Origin: Ferrithrix thermotolerans DSM 19514
Lineage (GTDB): Bacteria > Actinomycetota > Acidimicrobiia > Acidimicrobiales > Ilumatobacteraceae
Reading direction: 5' to 3'
Assembly: GCA_945861025.1 (NCBI GenBank)
Contig: CAMASN010000005.1
Coordinates: 7,239 to 71,238, forward strand
Length of the DNA: 64,000 bases
The translations under genes were made by a program, and so were the position numbers. Below are positions 8,790 through 17,786 of the stretch, piece by piece (the stretch's first letter is position 1; every line of letters starts with the position of its first letter). The notes under the pieces were generated by a model, which worked only from the letters and a program-made list of their open reading frames with translations, did no database searches and was not told the origin of the DNA.

Positions 8790-9769
8790 GTTGCGTAACC
8801 GTTGGGGTGCGTTGAATGCCAACGCCATGCGGTTTCGATGATTGTGTCGAGGCTGTGCTCGGGAGTCCAGCCGAGTGTGCTGCGCACCAGAGTTGGATCG
8901 CTGTAGGTGCTCACCGGATCGCCGGCACGCCGAGGCGCAAGCGTGGTGGGAACGGTGACCCCGCCGATGCGTTCGGTGGCGTGCACCACATCGAACACGC
9001 TGCTACCAACGCCGGTGCCCACGTTGAGCGCAATGGTGTCGCCGCCATCAGCGAGGTAGGCAAGCGACAGCACATGTGCGTTGGCGAGATCTTCGACGTG
9101 GATGTAATCGCGAATCGCGGTGCCGTCGGGAGTGGGATAGTCGGTGCCGAAGATCTGCACGGGTGGCGCCATGCCCATCGCGGCTTTCATCACCACAGGA
9201 ATCAGGTTGGCGCTGTGGGTCCAGTCTTCGCCGATTGCGTTGTCGAGGCTGGCGCCAGCAGCGTTGAAGTAACGCAGGCTGACCGAGCGTAGGCCCGAGG
9301 TAACGCCGTACCACCGCAGCACCCGTTCGGTCATCGCCTTCGTTTCGGCATAGACGCTTTCGGGATCGATGGGGGCGGCTTCGCTGACGGGCACAACGGC
9401 CGGTGTGCCGTAGACCGAGCACGATGATGAGAACACGAATTGCTTCACGCCAGCGTGGAGCAATGCATCAACGAAGCGCGCAGAACCATCGACGTTGTTG
9501 CGCCAGTACTTCGCTGGGTTCTGCATTGATTCGCCCACGGCTTTGTGCGCAGCGAAGTGCACCACCGAGGTGACCTTGTGGTCGCCGCACACTTGGTTCA
9601 CGAGTTCGGCATCGGCGATGTTGCCGATGACGAGCGGCGTGTCGAGCGCTGCTTGAGCGTGGCCGGTGTCGAGCGAGTCGAGCACCACCACGTTGCGGCC
9701 GAGGCTGCGCAGTTGGCGCACCGTGTGCGAGCCGATGTAACCGGCCCCGCCAGAGACGAGCACTGTCAT
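8786..9769 (-). CDS. galE: UDP-glucose 4-epimerase
   Basis: MTVLVSGGAGYIGSH..., the S...YxxxK SDR pattern (YAETKAM), 327 aa. Confidence 0.9.
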   Translation of the reverse strand: MTVLVSGGAGYIGSHTVRQLRSLGRNVVVLDSLDTGHAQAALDTPLVIGNIADAELVNQVCGDHKVTSVVHFAAHKAVGESMQNPAKYWRNNVDGSARFVDALLHAGVKQFVFSSSCSVYGTPAVVPVSEAAPIDPESVYAETKAMTERVLRWYGVTSGLRSVSLRYFNAAGASLDNAIGEDWTHSANLIPVVMKAAMGMAPPVQIFGTDYPTPDGTAIRDYIHVEDLANAHVLSLAYLADGGDTIALNVGTGVGSSVFDVVHATERIGGVTVPTTLAPRRAGDPVSTYSDPTLVRSTLGWTPEHSLDTIIETAWRWHSTHPNGYAT

Positions 9770-9802
9770 GTTGGCCTCCTTGGGTAGACGTGCGTGCGGT
9801 GG

Positions 9803-10753
9803 TTATAGCGACAGTTCGTCGCGGATTGCGTCGATCATTGGGATGAGGCCATCGCGTAGCGACACGGTAGGGGTCCATCCGAGTTCTGTCGAGATCAGTG
9901 AGATGTCGGGGCAGCGCTGCATCGGGTCGCCTTCGCGTTCGGCGGGCAACGGCATCGTGATGATCTCGCTTGAGGTTCCGGTGAGTTCGACCACGAGTTC
10001 GGCGAGTTGGCGCATCGTGAATTCGCCGGGGTTACCCACGTTGATGGGTCCGGTGAGCGGGCCATCGAGCACAGCGATAAGGCCGCGCACCTCGTCGGCT
10101 ACGTAGCAAAAGCTGCGAGTCTGGCTGCCGTCGCCGAACAGGGTGATGGGCTGGCCTAGCAGTGCTTGGCAGATGAAGTTGCCGACCACTCGGCCATCGT
10201 CGGGGCGCATGCGCGGGCCGTAGGTATTGAAGATGCGCACGATGCGAACCTCGAGGTCGTGCACGCGATGGTACGCCATGGTGATTGCTTCTGAGAAGCG
10301 CTTGGCTTCGTCGTAGCAACTGCGCGGACCAATGCTGCTCACGTTGCCCCAATATGACTCGGGTTGCGGGTGCACGAGCGGATCGCCGTAGACCTCGCTG
10401 GTGCTGGCCAAAAAGAAGCGAGCGTCTTTGATGACAGCAAGGTCGAGCAGGTTGCGTGTGCCCGTACTTCCGACATCGAGGATCTCGAGCGGAATGGTGG
10501 CGAAGTCGTTCGGCGACGCGGGGCTGGCGAGATCCATCACTGCATCGATGTATCCGTCGATGAACAACTGCTCGGTCACGTCTTGCTCGAGGAACAAGAA
10601 GTTGGGATGATCGGCGAGATGTGCGATGTTCTCGGGGCGGCCGCTGATGAAGTTGTCGACAGCGATCACCTCGTCGCCGCGAGCAAGCAGAGCGTCGGCC
10701 AGATGCGAGCCGATGAACCCTGCGCCGCCAGCGATGAGCACGCGGTATGTCAT
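9803..10753 (-). CDS. UDP-glucuronate decarboxylase (UXS-type extended SDR)
   Basis: Internal start MTYRVLIAGGAGFIGSH...ASTSEVYGDPLVHPQPESYWGNVSSIGPRSCYDEAKR. The ATGA overlaps the ugd stop. Confidence 0.85.
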   Translation of the reverse strand: MTYRVLIAGGAGFIGSHLADALLARGDEVIAVDNFISGRPENIAHLADHPNFLFLEQDVTEQLFIDGYIDAVMDLASPASPNDFATIPLEILDVGSTGTRNLLDLAVIKDARFFLASTSEVYGDPLVHPQPESYWGNVSSIGPRSCYDEAKRFSEAITMAYHRVHDLEVRIVRIFNTYGPRMRPDDGRVVGNFICQALLGQPITLFGDGSQTRSFCYVADEVRGLIAVLDGPLTGPINVGNPGEFTMRQLAELVVELTGTSSEIITMPLPAEREGDPMQRCPDISLISTELGWTPTVSLRDGLIPMIDAIRDELSL

Positions 10754-12018
10754 CGGCCAACGCCTTGGTAGCTGAAGCCGAGGCGAATGGCGGCTGAACG
10801 GTCGAGCAAGTTGCGTGTGTCGACAATGCTCGAGCCGCGCAGACGCCGCTTGGCTTCGGCCAGATCGAGCCAGCGGAATTCGTCCCACTCGGTGAGCACG
10901 ACAAGCGCATCGGCGCCGTCGCACACTTCGAGGGCGTCGGTGCCGACCGTGATGCTGGGGTGCGATTTCACCTGTGGGTCATAGGCCTTGACAACGGCGC
11001 CCCTGGCGATGAGTTCGGTGATGATCGCAATCGCTGGCGACTCGCGAAGGTCGTCGGTGTTGGCCTTGAACGTGAGGCCCCATGCGGCGACCACTGCGCC
11101 GTCAAGGTTGCCGCCAACGGCGCGCTCGACCTTGGCCACCATGCGCTCGCGCTGTTCGTCGTTGACCACAACAACACCCTTGAGCAAGTTGAAGTCGTAG
11201 CCGGCGTCTTCGGCGATCTTGACCATCGCTCGCGTGTCTTTCGGGAAGCAACTGCCGCCCCAGCCCGGGCCGGGGCGAAGGAACTCGTGACCGATGCGCT
11301 TGTCGTAACCGAGCCCGAGCACGACATCGTTCACGTCGGCACCCACGGCTTCGCACACGGCGGCCACTGCGTTGACGAACGAAATCTTCGTTGCCAAGAA
11401 CGCGTTGGCTGCGTACTTGATGGTCTCGGCCGATGCTGGATCGGTGACGATGAGGTGTGTGCTGGTGGTGGAGTACAGATCGGCCACGCGGGTGGCGGCG
11501 CTGGGATCGTCGCTGCCGATGACAACTCGATCAGGTTTCAGGAAGTCGCTGACGGCCGAACCTTCGCGCAAGAACTCGGGGTTCGAGACCACCGAGACAT
11601 CGTGACGACCGAGCACACGCTCGACCACTTTGGTAGAGCCGACTGGCACGGTTGATTTGTTGACGACCACTGCGTGAGCAGGAAGCACCGATGCAATCTC
11701 GGCGGCCGCTTGTTGCAGGTAGGTGAGGTCGGCAGCGCCATCGTCGCCCTGCGGGGTCTGCACGCACAGGTAAGCGAACTCGCAATCCTTGGCGGCAACT
11801 GCAGCGCCCACGACGAAGCGAAGGTGACCGCTGGCGATGCCCGCCTCGACGATCTCTTGCAGGCCTGGCTCGTAGATCGGCAAGATGCCGTTGCTGAGCC
11901 GCTCGATGCGGGCCGGGTCGATGTCGGCGCACACCACGTGGTGTCCAAGGTGCGCAAAGCACGCACCGGTCGTGAGACCAACGTAGCCCGTGCCGATGAT
12001 TGCGATTCGTGAACCCAT
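10750..12018 (-). CDS. ugd: UDP-glucose 6-dehydrogenase
   Basis: MGSRIAIIGTGYVGLTTGACFAHLGHHVVCADID...GWGGSCFPKD (catalytic Cys motif). Confidence 0.9.
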   Translation of the reverse strand: MGSRIAIIGTGYVGLTTGACFAHLGHHVVCADIDPARIERLSNGILPIYEPGLQEIVEAGIASGHLRFVVGAAVAAKDCEFAYLCVQTPQGDDGAADLTYLQQAAAEIASVLPAHAVVVNKSTVPVGSTKVVERVLGRHDVSVVSNPEFLREGSAVSDFLKPDRVVIGSDDPSAATRVADLYSTTSTHLIVTDPASAETIKYAANAFLATKISFVNAVAAVCEAVGADVNDVVLGLGYDKRIGHEFLRPGPGWGGSCFPKDTRAMVKIAEDAGYDFNLLKGVVVVNDEQRERMVAKVERAVGGNLDGAVVAAWGLTFKANTDDLRESPAIAIITELIARGAVVKAYDPQVKSHPSITVGTDALEVCDGADALVVLTEWDEFRWLDLAEAKRRLRGSSIVDTRNLLDRSAAIRLGFSYQGVGR

Positions 12019-12121
12019 GTGCCCTTCACCCTGCTGACAAAGCCCTCCTGAGGGCTGCAACAGTCTAGAGGTGAGCGCAGACCCGAGTGGGCCACTGACG
12101 GCCTACTAGTGTGAGGTCTTC

Positions 12122-12859
12122 ATGGCCCCGAGACGACACAGAGCATCATTCGCTGAGGCCGATATCGCACTTGAGCAAACGCTTGAGGAACTCGACGAGC
12201 ATGTACCCAATTACAACGAGTGGCTGCGCTCGCTTGTTGAGCTGGCATCGCATGGCCGAGTGCTCGAGGTAGGTGCCGGCGTGGGCACGTTCACCTTGGC
12301 CCTGCTGCAGACCGCCGATCATGTGGTCGCGGTTGAGCCGTCTCTTCGGGGCAGCGCCGCAATCGCGAAGACAACTCATGGCGACCACCGCGTCACGGTG
12401 GTGCACGGATACGCCAGCGATGCCGCGGCGCTTGGTCCGTTTGATGGAGCCGTGTTGTCGAACGTGCTTGAGCACATTGAAGACGACGAAGCTACGTTGC
12501 GCGAGCTCTGCACGGTTGTGCGTCCCGGTGGTTTCGTTGCGGTGTATAGCCCGGCGTTTGAACTGTTGATGAGCGACTTCGATAGGTCGATCGGTCACGT
12601 GCGTCGCTATCGCAAGCGAGAGTTGAGCGATCGTTTTGCCGCCGCCGGCTTCGAGGTAGTTGAAGCCCGTTACGTAAACGTGCCGGGGTTCTTTGCCTGG
12701 CTGCTGGTGGCTCGATTGCTGCGCAAGAGACCAACGCATTCGGTGCTCAGCGGCATTTACGATCGGTTCGTCGTGCCGCCAACGCGCTGGCTCGAATCGC
12801 ATGTGCGGCCACCGTTTGGCCAATCGGTGTTGGTCATCGGACGCGTGCCGCAGGCCTAA
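12122..12859 (+). CDS. Class I SAM-dependent methyltransferase
   Basis: VLEVGAGVGTFTLAL motif I, then AVLSNVLEHIEDDEATL. Divergent from ugd. Confidence 0.8.
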   Translation: MAPRRHRASFAEADIALEQTLEELDEHVPNYNEWLRSLVELASHGRVLEVGAGVGTFTLALLQTADHVVAVEPSLRGSAAIAKTTHGDHRVTVVHGYASDAAALGPFDGAVLSNVLEHIEDDEATLRELCTVVRPGGFVAVYSPAFELLMSDFDRSIGHVRRYRKRELSDRFAAAGFEVVEARYVNVPGFFAWLLVARLLRKRPTHSVLSGIYDRFVVPPTRWLESHVRPPFGQSVLVIGRVPQA

Positions 12860-13256
12860 GCAGTGCATCGATCTCTCCCCTTCGGTAATCCCGCAGACAC
12901 TCACTGTTGATACATCGCCTTCGGTTCGATGGCTTGATCACTTTCGACATCGCAGATGGACAACACGGCAGCACAAGAATTGCCAGCACGATTGCGTGGT
13001 GCGGCTATGCGCGCCAGTTGGTGCTGTCTCCTACGCACTTGTCCGATATTCAAAGGCAGTTGTTCTTCTGTAGCCAGCGTTACCTGCTCGCCAACGGCGC
13101 ATTACTCCCGTTTCTCGGATGGAACTCGAAGTCGCATGCATAGGGGATCGACGTGCAGTCGATCGCGATGCGGTAGTACACAATCGACAGTTGCATCTCG
13201 AAGGTTGCGGCACGTCTGAAAGCGGCTTTACCGACAGCAGTTTTTGAGGCCTTGCT

Positions 13257-14903
13257 GTGGTCAAGCTGCGAGGATCAAACTTGGGAACACCTGCCGCGCT
13301 CGTTGGCCATAGATGCCGCCAACTTGCCGGCTCACGTGGTCGGTTTGATCACGAACAGCGCAACTGTCGTGCGTCGGAGTTCGGGAAAATTCTGCGGTAC
13401 TGTTCGACAATCAAACTGCAAGCCTTGGCCCCCAAATCTGTTGGTGGAAGAAGCCGTATCTTGTTGGCGGCGTGTGCATCAGTCGTTGCCCTGACGGGAC
13501 TCATGATTCGCCTTTTGATTCACGCGATGCCGGTGGGCAGGGTGAACTCCGATGAGGCAATCGCCGGGCTGATGGCCCGGCATTTCGCTCGGGGCGAGTG
13601 GACCACGTTCTATTGGGGTCAGAGCTACGCAGGTTCGCTTGAGATGGTCGTGACAGGCGCGATCATGAAGGTAACCGGATCCGATGTGTTCGCGTTTTAT
13701 GCAGTGCCGTTCGTCGAATCGTTGCTTGTGGCTGGTCTGACATTCCTGATCGCTCGAAACCACGTCGGGAGAGATCGAGCCATATTTGCCGGTCTCTTGG
13801 TTTGGGTTTTTCCGGCTGCATGGGTGTTGCTCAGCACAAAGGCAATGCTGTTTTACCAGCCCACGCTGATATTCGGATTGACTGCCGTTTTGGCTGCCGA
13901 TTCGTTGATCCAGCGGAATCGATCGCGTTTGATCGTGTGGTTTGGATTTGGTTTGGTACTTGGACTCGGATGGTGGTGTTCGTTCCAGATCCTTTTTTTC
14001 GCAGTGCCAGCAATCGTTTGGCTGCTTGTGCGCCGTGGCAACAGGTTCGCCGAGTGGCTCGTTGCGCTGGTTGGGGGCTTGATCGGCGCTTCGCCATGGC
14101 TTGTGTACTACATCAAATATGACGGCTTGCCGCTTAAACAGCTTGCGGGGGGCCAAGGTGGTTATGTCGACCACCTCAACTCAATTGTTACCGCCGGACT
14201 CCCAATGGCCGTTGGTGGCCGCCAGCCGTACACGGAGCGGTGGCTCACACTCGGGGCGGGTCCGTTGGTGCCGATTTTGATTCTTGGCGCGATAGCGACG
14301 GCAGTAGTGGTCTGCTGTCGAAACAGGGTGGTCTGGCACCCGTTATTTCTTGTTGCGCTCGTGTTCGTACCCTTGCATGCCCTCGCCGCAGGTGCTTTCT
14401 ATGTCGGTTCTGGTCGTTACTTTATTTTCTTGGCGCCAACTGTGGCCTTTTGTATTGTCAGTTGCACCCGAAGGTTGTCGATACTCGCTGGCTTGTCGGT
14501 CTTCGCTGCGTTGGTGAGTGGCGCGACGATTTGGGGTATTCGAGATGCTTACGTAGCGCCCCCTTCGACGGCGCCGGTGGGGCGCTTGTTAGAGAGTCGC
14601 CAGATTCGTCACGTATATGCGAGTTATTGGGTGGCGTACAAGTTGACGTGGGAATCACACGAGGCCGTGCGCGCGGCATCTGACTTTGATCGTTATCCGT
14701 TGTGGAGCGTTGAGGCTCGCAGCGCGGCCAGTGCTGCCTACGTGATGTATCTCCCAATTGCTCAAGACGAGCATCGTTACGAAGCAGTTGTTGACGGGCT
14801 CAAAGACCAATCGATTGCTTATGAGGAATTCATCCGGGGCGCGTACGTCGTGATAATCCCGGAGCGAAACGTTGCTCCTGAGGCGCTAGGGCTCGCAGGT
14901 TAA
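13257..14903 (+). CDS. Polytopic membrane protein, GT-C / ArnT-PMT (GT39)-like glycosyltransferase candidate; start uncertain
   Basis: Many hydrophobic helices. An acidic D-E motif lies in the first predicted external loop (GRVNSDEAIAGLMARHF) after TM1 (ILLAACASVVALTGLMIRLLI). There is a C-terminal soluble domain. The gene sits in a visibly AT-richer stretch. Confidence 0.6.
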   Translation: MVKLRGSNLGTPAALVGHRCRQLAGSRGRFDHEQRNCRASEFGKILRYCSTIKLQALAPKSVGGRSRILLAACASVVALTGLMIRLLIHAMPVGRVNSDEAIAGLMARHFARGEWTTFYWGQSYAGSLEMVVTGAIMKVTGSDVFAFYAVPFVESLLVAGLTFLIARNHVGRDRAIFAGLLVWVFPAAWVLLSTKAMLFYQPTLIFGLTAVLAADSLIQRNRSRLIVWFGFGLVLGLGWWCSFQILFFAVPAIVWLLVRRGNRFAEWLVALVGGLIGASPWLVYYIKYDGLPLKQLAGGQGGYVDHLNSIVTAGLPMAVGGRQPYTERWLTLGAGPLVPILILGAIATAVVVCCRNRVVWHPLFLVALVFVPLHALAAGAFYVGSGRYFIFLAPTVAFCIVSCTRRLSILAGLSVFAALVSGATIWGIRDAYVAPPSTAPVGRLLESRQIRHVYASYWVAYKLTWESHEAVRAASDFDRYPLWSVEARSAASAAYVMYLPIAQDEHRYEAVVDGLKDQSIAYEEFIRGAYVVIIPERNVAPEALGLAG

Positions 14904-15033
14904 AACGCGGCCTCTTTCCCTCATTTGTGTTCGCCCGTGTCAGCAAGGCGCCCCACTCTGCAGACAGCAGACCCGCAGAACGATTTCGATCCCGGATTAG
15001 GGTGAAGTCGCGCCGCCATCAAATCTGCTGGTG

Positions 15034-17652
15034 CTACGTGGATCGGGGCACAAGGTGAGCCCACACATCGGCCGAATAGGTTTTCCATGTTGGCCATTGC
15101 CGAGCCTTGGCCTCGAGTCGCAATCGATTGAGTTCGATTGGGTCCGTGAGCAATTTACGCATTGCGTCGGCAATCTCTGACGGCACCCTTGGATCGACCA
15201 TGACGGCGCCGCCGCCGTCTCCGACCTCGTGCATTGAGCCGTAGTTCGATGTGATCACTGGGGTTCCGGAGGCTAGGGATTCCGCAATTGGCAGTCCGAA
15301 CCCCTCGAGGAGGGATGGGAAAACGGTAAATTCTGCCAAGCGGTACAACGACCAGATTTGATTCTCGGTGGCGCTCTTGATGACTTGGATGTCGCGGTTG
15401 GACGCGATGAGTCGTCGGCTGAAGTTGTTGAACTCGTCGCCCTTCCACCCGCTGCCTCCCACAAAAACCAATTGAAATTCGAGGCCACCGCGCCACAACG
15501 ACTCGGCAGCTTCAAGTACCGAAATGTGGTTCTTGCGGGGCTCGTGACTTCCGAGCACGAGCACTAATGGGGTCCGACCGAGACCGAGCTGTGCATGAGT
15601 GTCGGCGAGATTCTGCTCGGTCAAGCCGACTACTTCTGATGGCAGCGGATGCGCTGCGATGTTGGGCCCGACGAGCCCTTGCAACGCAAAGGTGGAGCAA
15701 AAAGCCGTGTATTCGGTGGCGGTGGCTTTGCTGATGGCTGAAATGCGATCAGCGGCCTTTGTCACTGTGACGGCGTTGGCGAACATGGTGGGCATGCCGT
15801 CGGCCACGGTCTCAGGGGCGGTATACGGAATCAAATCGTAAGCGATCATTGAGAGTTGGCAGATTCCCGACGTCCGCATCGTTCGGTATCCATTGCATCT
15901 GTCGGCTTCGGCAGCGAGTTCGGGAATGACGAGCACGGAGTTCCATGGGATGACCACTCTGCCCGAAGCGTCTCCGATGTCTCGGGGCCCGGTGGTTGTG
16001 TCGCCGGCGAGATGTTCCCTCCAGCCAACGAAGCGGTTGACCTCGGCATCGGACATCCGTTTCGGCGAGTTGGTTGAGAAATCCCAATGTACGAGCACAA
16101 CATCATCGTGGGCGCCGACCCACTCCGACACGGTCTCACGTGTAACGCGTTGGATGCCGGTGTGAAGGCTGTGTGCGGCGGTGTGGCTGACATCGACCAA
16201 GACTGACTGGGAGATGATCTCAAGGGGTAGATCCGTAGCCCGGCCGTAGCGGCAACAGTTGGCGAAGAACCGGGTCGCGTGGTCGAACAAAGACTGAGGG
16301 CCGTCAAGGCGTAACGCCCGAGCAGCCTCCGCGACCTCAATGTCGTTCGGGTAAGCCGCTCCTGCGGCGACGAGTACCAGCCAAGCTGAGGTGGTTGGCT
16401 CGAGCGCTGAGGCTACGAGGCATGCCCCAATTTGGTCGAAGGTATCAAGCTGCGACATTTCGGGATCGGTATCGGGATCGATAAGCACCGCTACCTGCCG
16501 TAGGCGAGCCAGCGCTGCGGCCGACAACGGCGAACCGCGGTGGGACAACTTGTTCGTTTCTGGTTCGACAGTCTTCTGTTGGACGAGGACGGCCTTTGAC
16601 TTTCCTGCAAAACGACGTACTACCCGGATTGGCTTTGTGATTCGCCAAGAAAGAGTCTGGTGAATAGCGTGAACAAGTTGCGCATAGTGATCGCGTTCAC
16701 TGTGGTTGTGCTGGTTGGCGACCAGGATCTGATCCCGTTCTCGCTCGACCGTGCTGAGCGATTCGTTGAGGCCGAGAATTTCGTGCCTCTGCGCCCGCCG
16801 CCTTGCCTCGATGAAGTTCAGCGACTGCTCTAACACTCGGTTCTTCTCGGTCAACTCATCGACAAGCCGCTGGGCCGAGCGTTGAGCGCTGATCACGTTC
16901 TGGGTGACGGCCTCTTGAAAAGAGGGCAACTGGGATGCGACATACGGCTGGTCGTGCGCGCCTGCGGGGTAGGTAAGTAGCGGGAGCAGGTCTATGTGTT
17001 CGCCAGCAACGAAAATGCTGTTGAGCCCATCGAAGAGTGCATGGGTGTAGTTGTGCGCAACAAGCGCTGGCCGCCACTCGCCGTCTGTCTCCTGGGCTGA
17101 GAACGGCTCGGTTGACCCAATCACGATGACCCATGGGCGAACAGTGGACAAGTCGATGCCGGCCAAGACCGCTGCCTCGGCGCCTTCGACGTCAATTTTC
17201 AGAAAGTGGATTTCGTGGTTCGCTAGCGGTGTTTCCGCGATCAGGCCATCCAGTCGGCGAACGTCAACCGACACTTTCTCAATGCCGAATCCAAGGGCCC
17301 CATCGCGCTCGGCTCGGTCATCGCTGGGAGACGACGGTCCGGTGCCATGCGACAGGTTGAACGTTGCGGGACCATCCGAGGCTCCGGCCGCAACGTGAAG
17401 TGTGGTGTCGCGCGGGCGCAGAGCGCTGAGCTGGCCGGCATATTCCTCAGCAGGCACCACGTTGATGCCCGACCAACCCCGGTCGTAGAACGCTTTCGTG
17501 ACGGAGTACCTCATGGGATCGCATGCCCCTACATCAACGTAGGTGCCGTTGGTGATGTGGCGTAAAGCGCGCCACAGCACGACGTCCTCGGCGTTCTGTG
17601 CGTATGAAATGAACGTTGCGCCGTGGCCTAGGAGATCTTTTGGTTGGTTCAA
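15034..17652 (-). CDS. Three-part fusion: FkbM-family methyltransferase, coiled coil, GT4 glycosyltransferase
   Basis: N-terminus YVDVGACDPMRYSV...FLKIDVEGAEAAVL (FkbM). Heptad-rich SAQRLVDELTEKNRVLEQSLNFIEARRRAQRHEILGLNESLSTVERERDQIL, followed by SWRITKPIRV. C-terminus DVSHTAAHSLHTGIQRVTRE...FPSLLEGFGLPIAESLASGTPVITS (GT4). Confidence 0.85.
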   Translation of the reverse strand: MNQPKDLLGHGATFISYAQNAEDVVLWRALRHITNGTYVDVGACDPMRYSVTKAFYDRGWSGINVVPAEEYAGQLSALRPRDTTLHVAAGASDGPATFNLSHGTGPSSPSDDRAERDGALGFGIEKVSVDVRRLDGLIAETPLANHEIHFLKIDVEGAEAAVLAGIDLSTVRPWVIVIGSTEPFSAQETDGEWRPALVAHNYTHALFDGLNSIFVAGEHIDLLPLLTYPAGAHDQPYVASQLPSFQEAVTQNVISAQRSAQRLVDELTEKNRVLEQSLNFIEARRRAQRHEILGLNESLSTVERERDQILVANQHNHSERDHYAQLVHAIHQTLSWRITKPIRVVRRFAGKSKAVLVQQKTVEPETNKLSHRGSPLSAAALARLRQVAVLIDPDTDPEMSQLDTFDQIGACLVASALEPTTSAWLVLVAAGAAYPNDIEVAEAARALRLDGPQSLFDHATRFFANCCRYGRATDLPLEIISQSVLVDVSHTAAHSLHTGIQRVTRETVSEWVGAHDDVVLVHWDFSTNSPKRMSDAEVNRFVGWREHLAGDTTTGPRDIGDASGRVVIPWNSVLVIPELAAEADRCNGYRTMRTSGICQLSMIAYDLIPYTAPETVADGMPTMFANAVTVTKAADRISAISKATATEYTAFCSTFALQGLVGPNIAAHPLPSEVVGLTEQNLADTHAQLGLGRTPLVLVLGSHEPRKNHISVLEAAESLWRGGLEFQLVFVGGSGWKGDEFNNFSRRLIASNRDIQVIKSATENQIWSLYRLAEFTVFPSLLEGFGLPIAESLASGTPVITSNYGSMHEVGDGGGAVMVDPRVPSEIADAMRKLLTDPIELNRLRLEAKARQWPTWKTYSADVWAHLVPRST

Positions 17653-17786
17653 TGTTTCAGATCCTAGGTTCGCCGCGAGTACGAGTACAGGCGTTGTGGG
17701 TAGCGGTGTTGATCGTGAAACTGTGAACGAACGGGGTGCCGCCGACCCGCCAACAGCCGACCTGTTCGGGTCCTTGTTGACTCACG

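Noticed and set aside
12860-13256. Short ORFs (78-87 aa on both strands) in the AT-richer gap
   Set aside because: They have no start-site context, motifs or codon bias supporting coding. The gap is kept only as part of the compositional-island finding.
13479-14174. 231-aa minus-strand ORF
   Set aside because: It is antisense to the polytopic GT-C-like membrane protein gene. Its product is hydrophilic low-complexity sequence without motifs.
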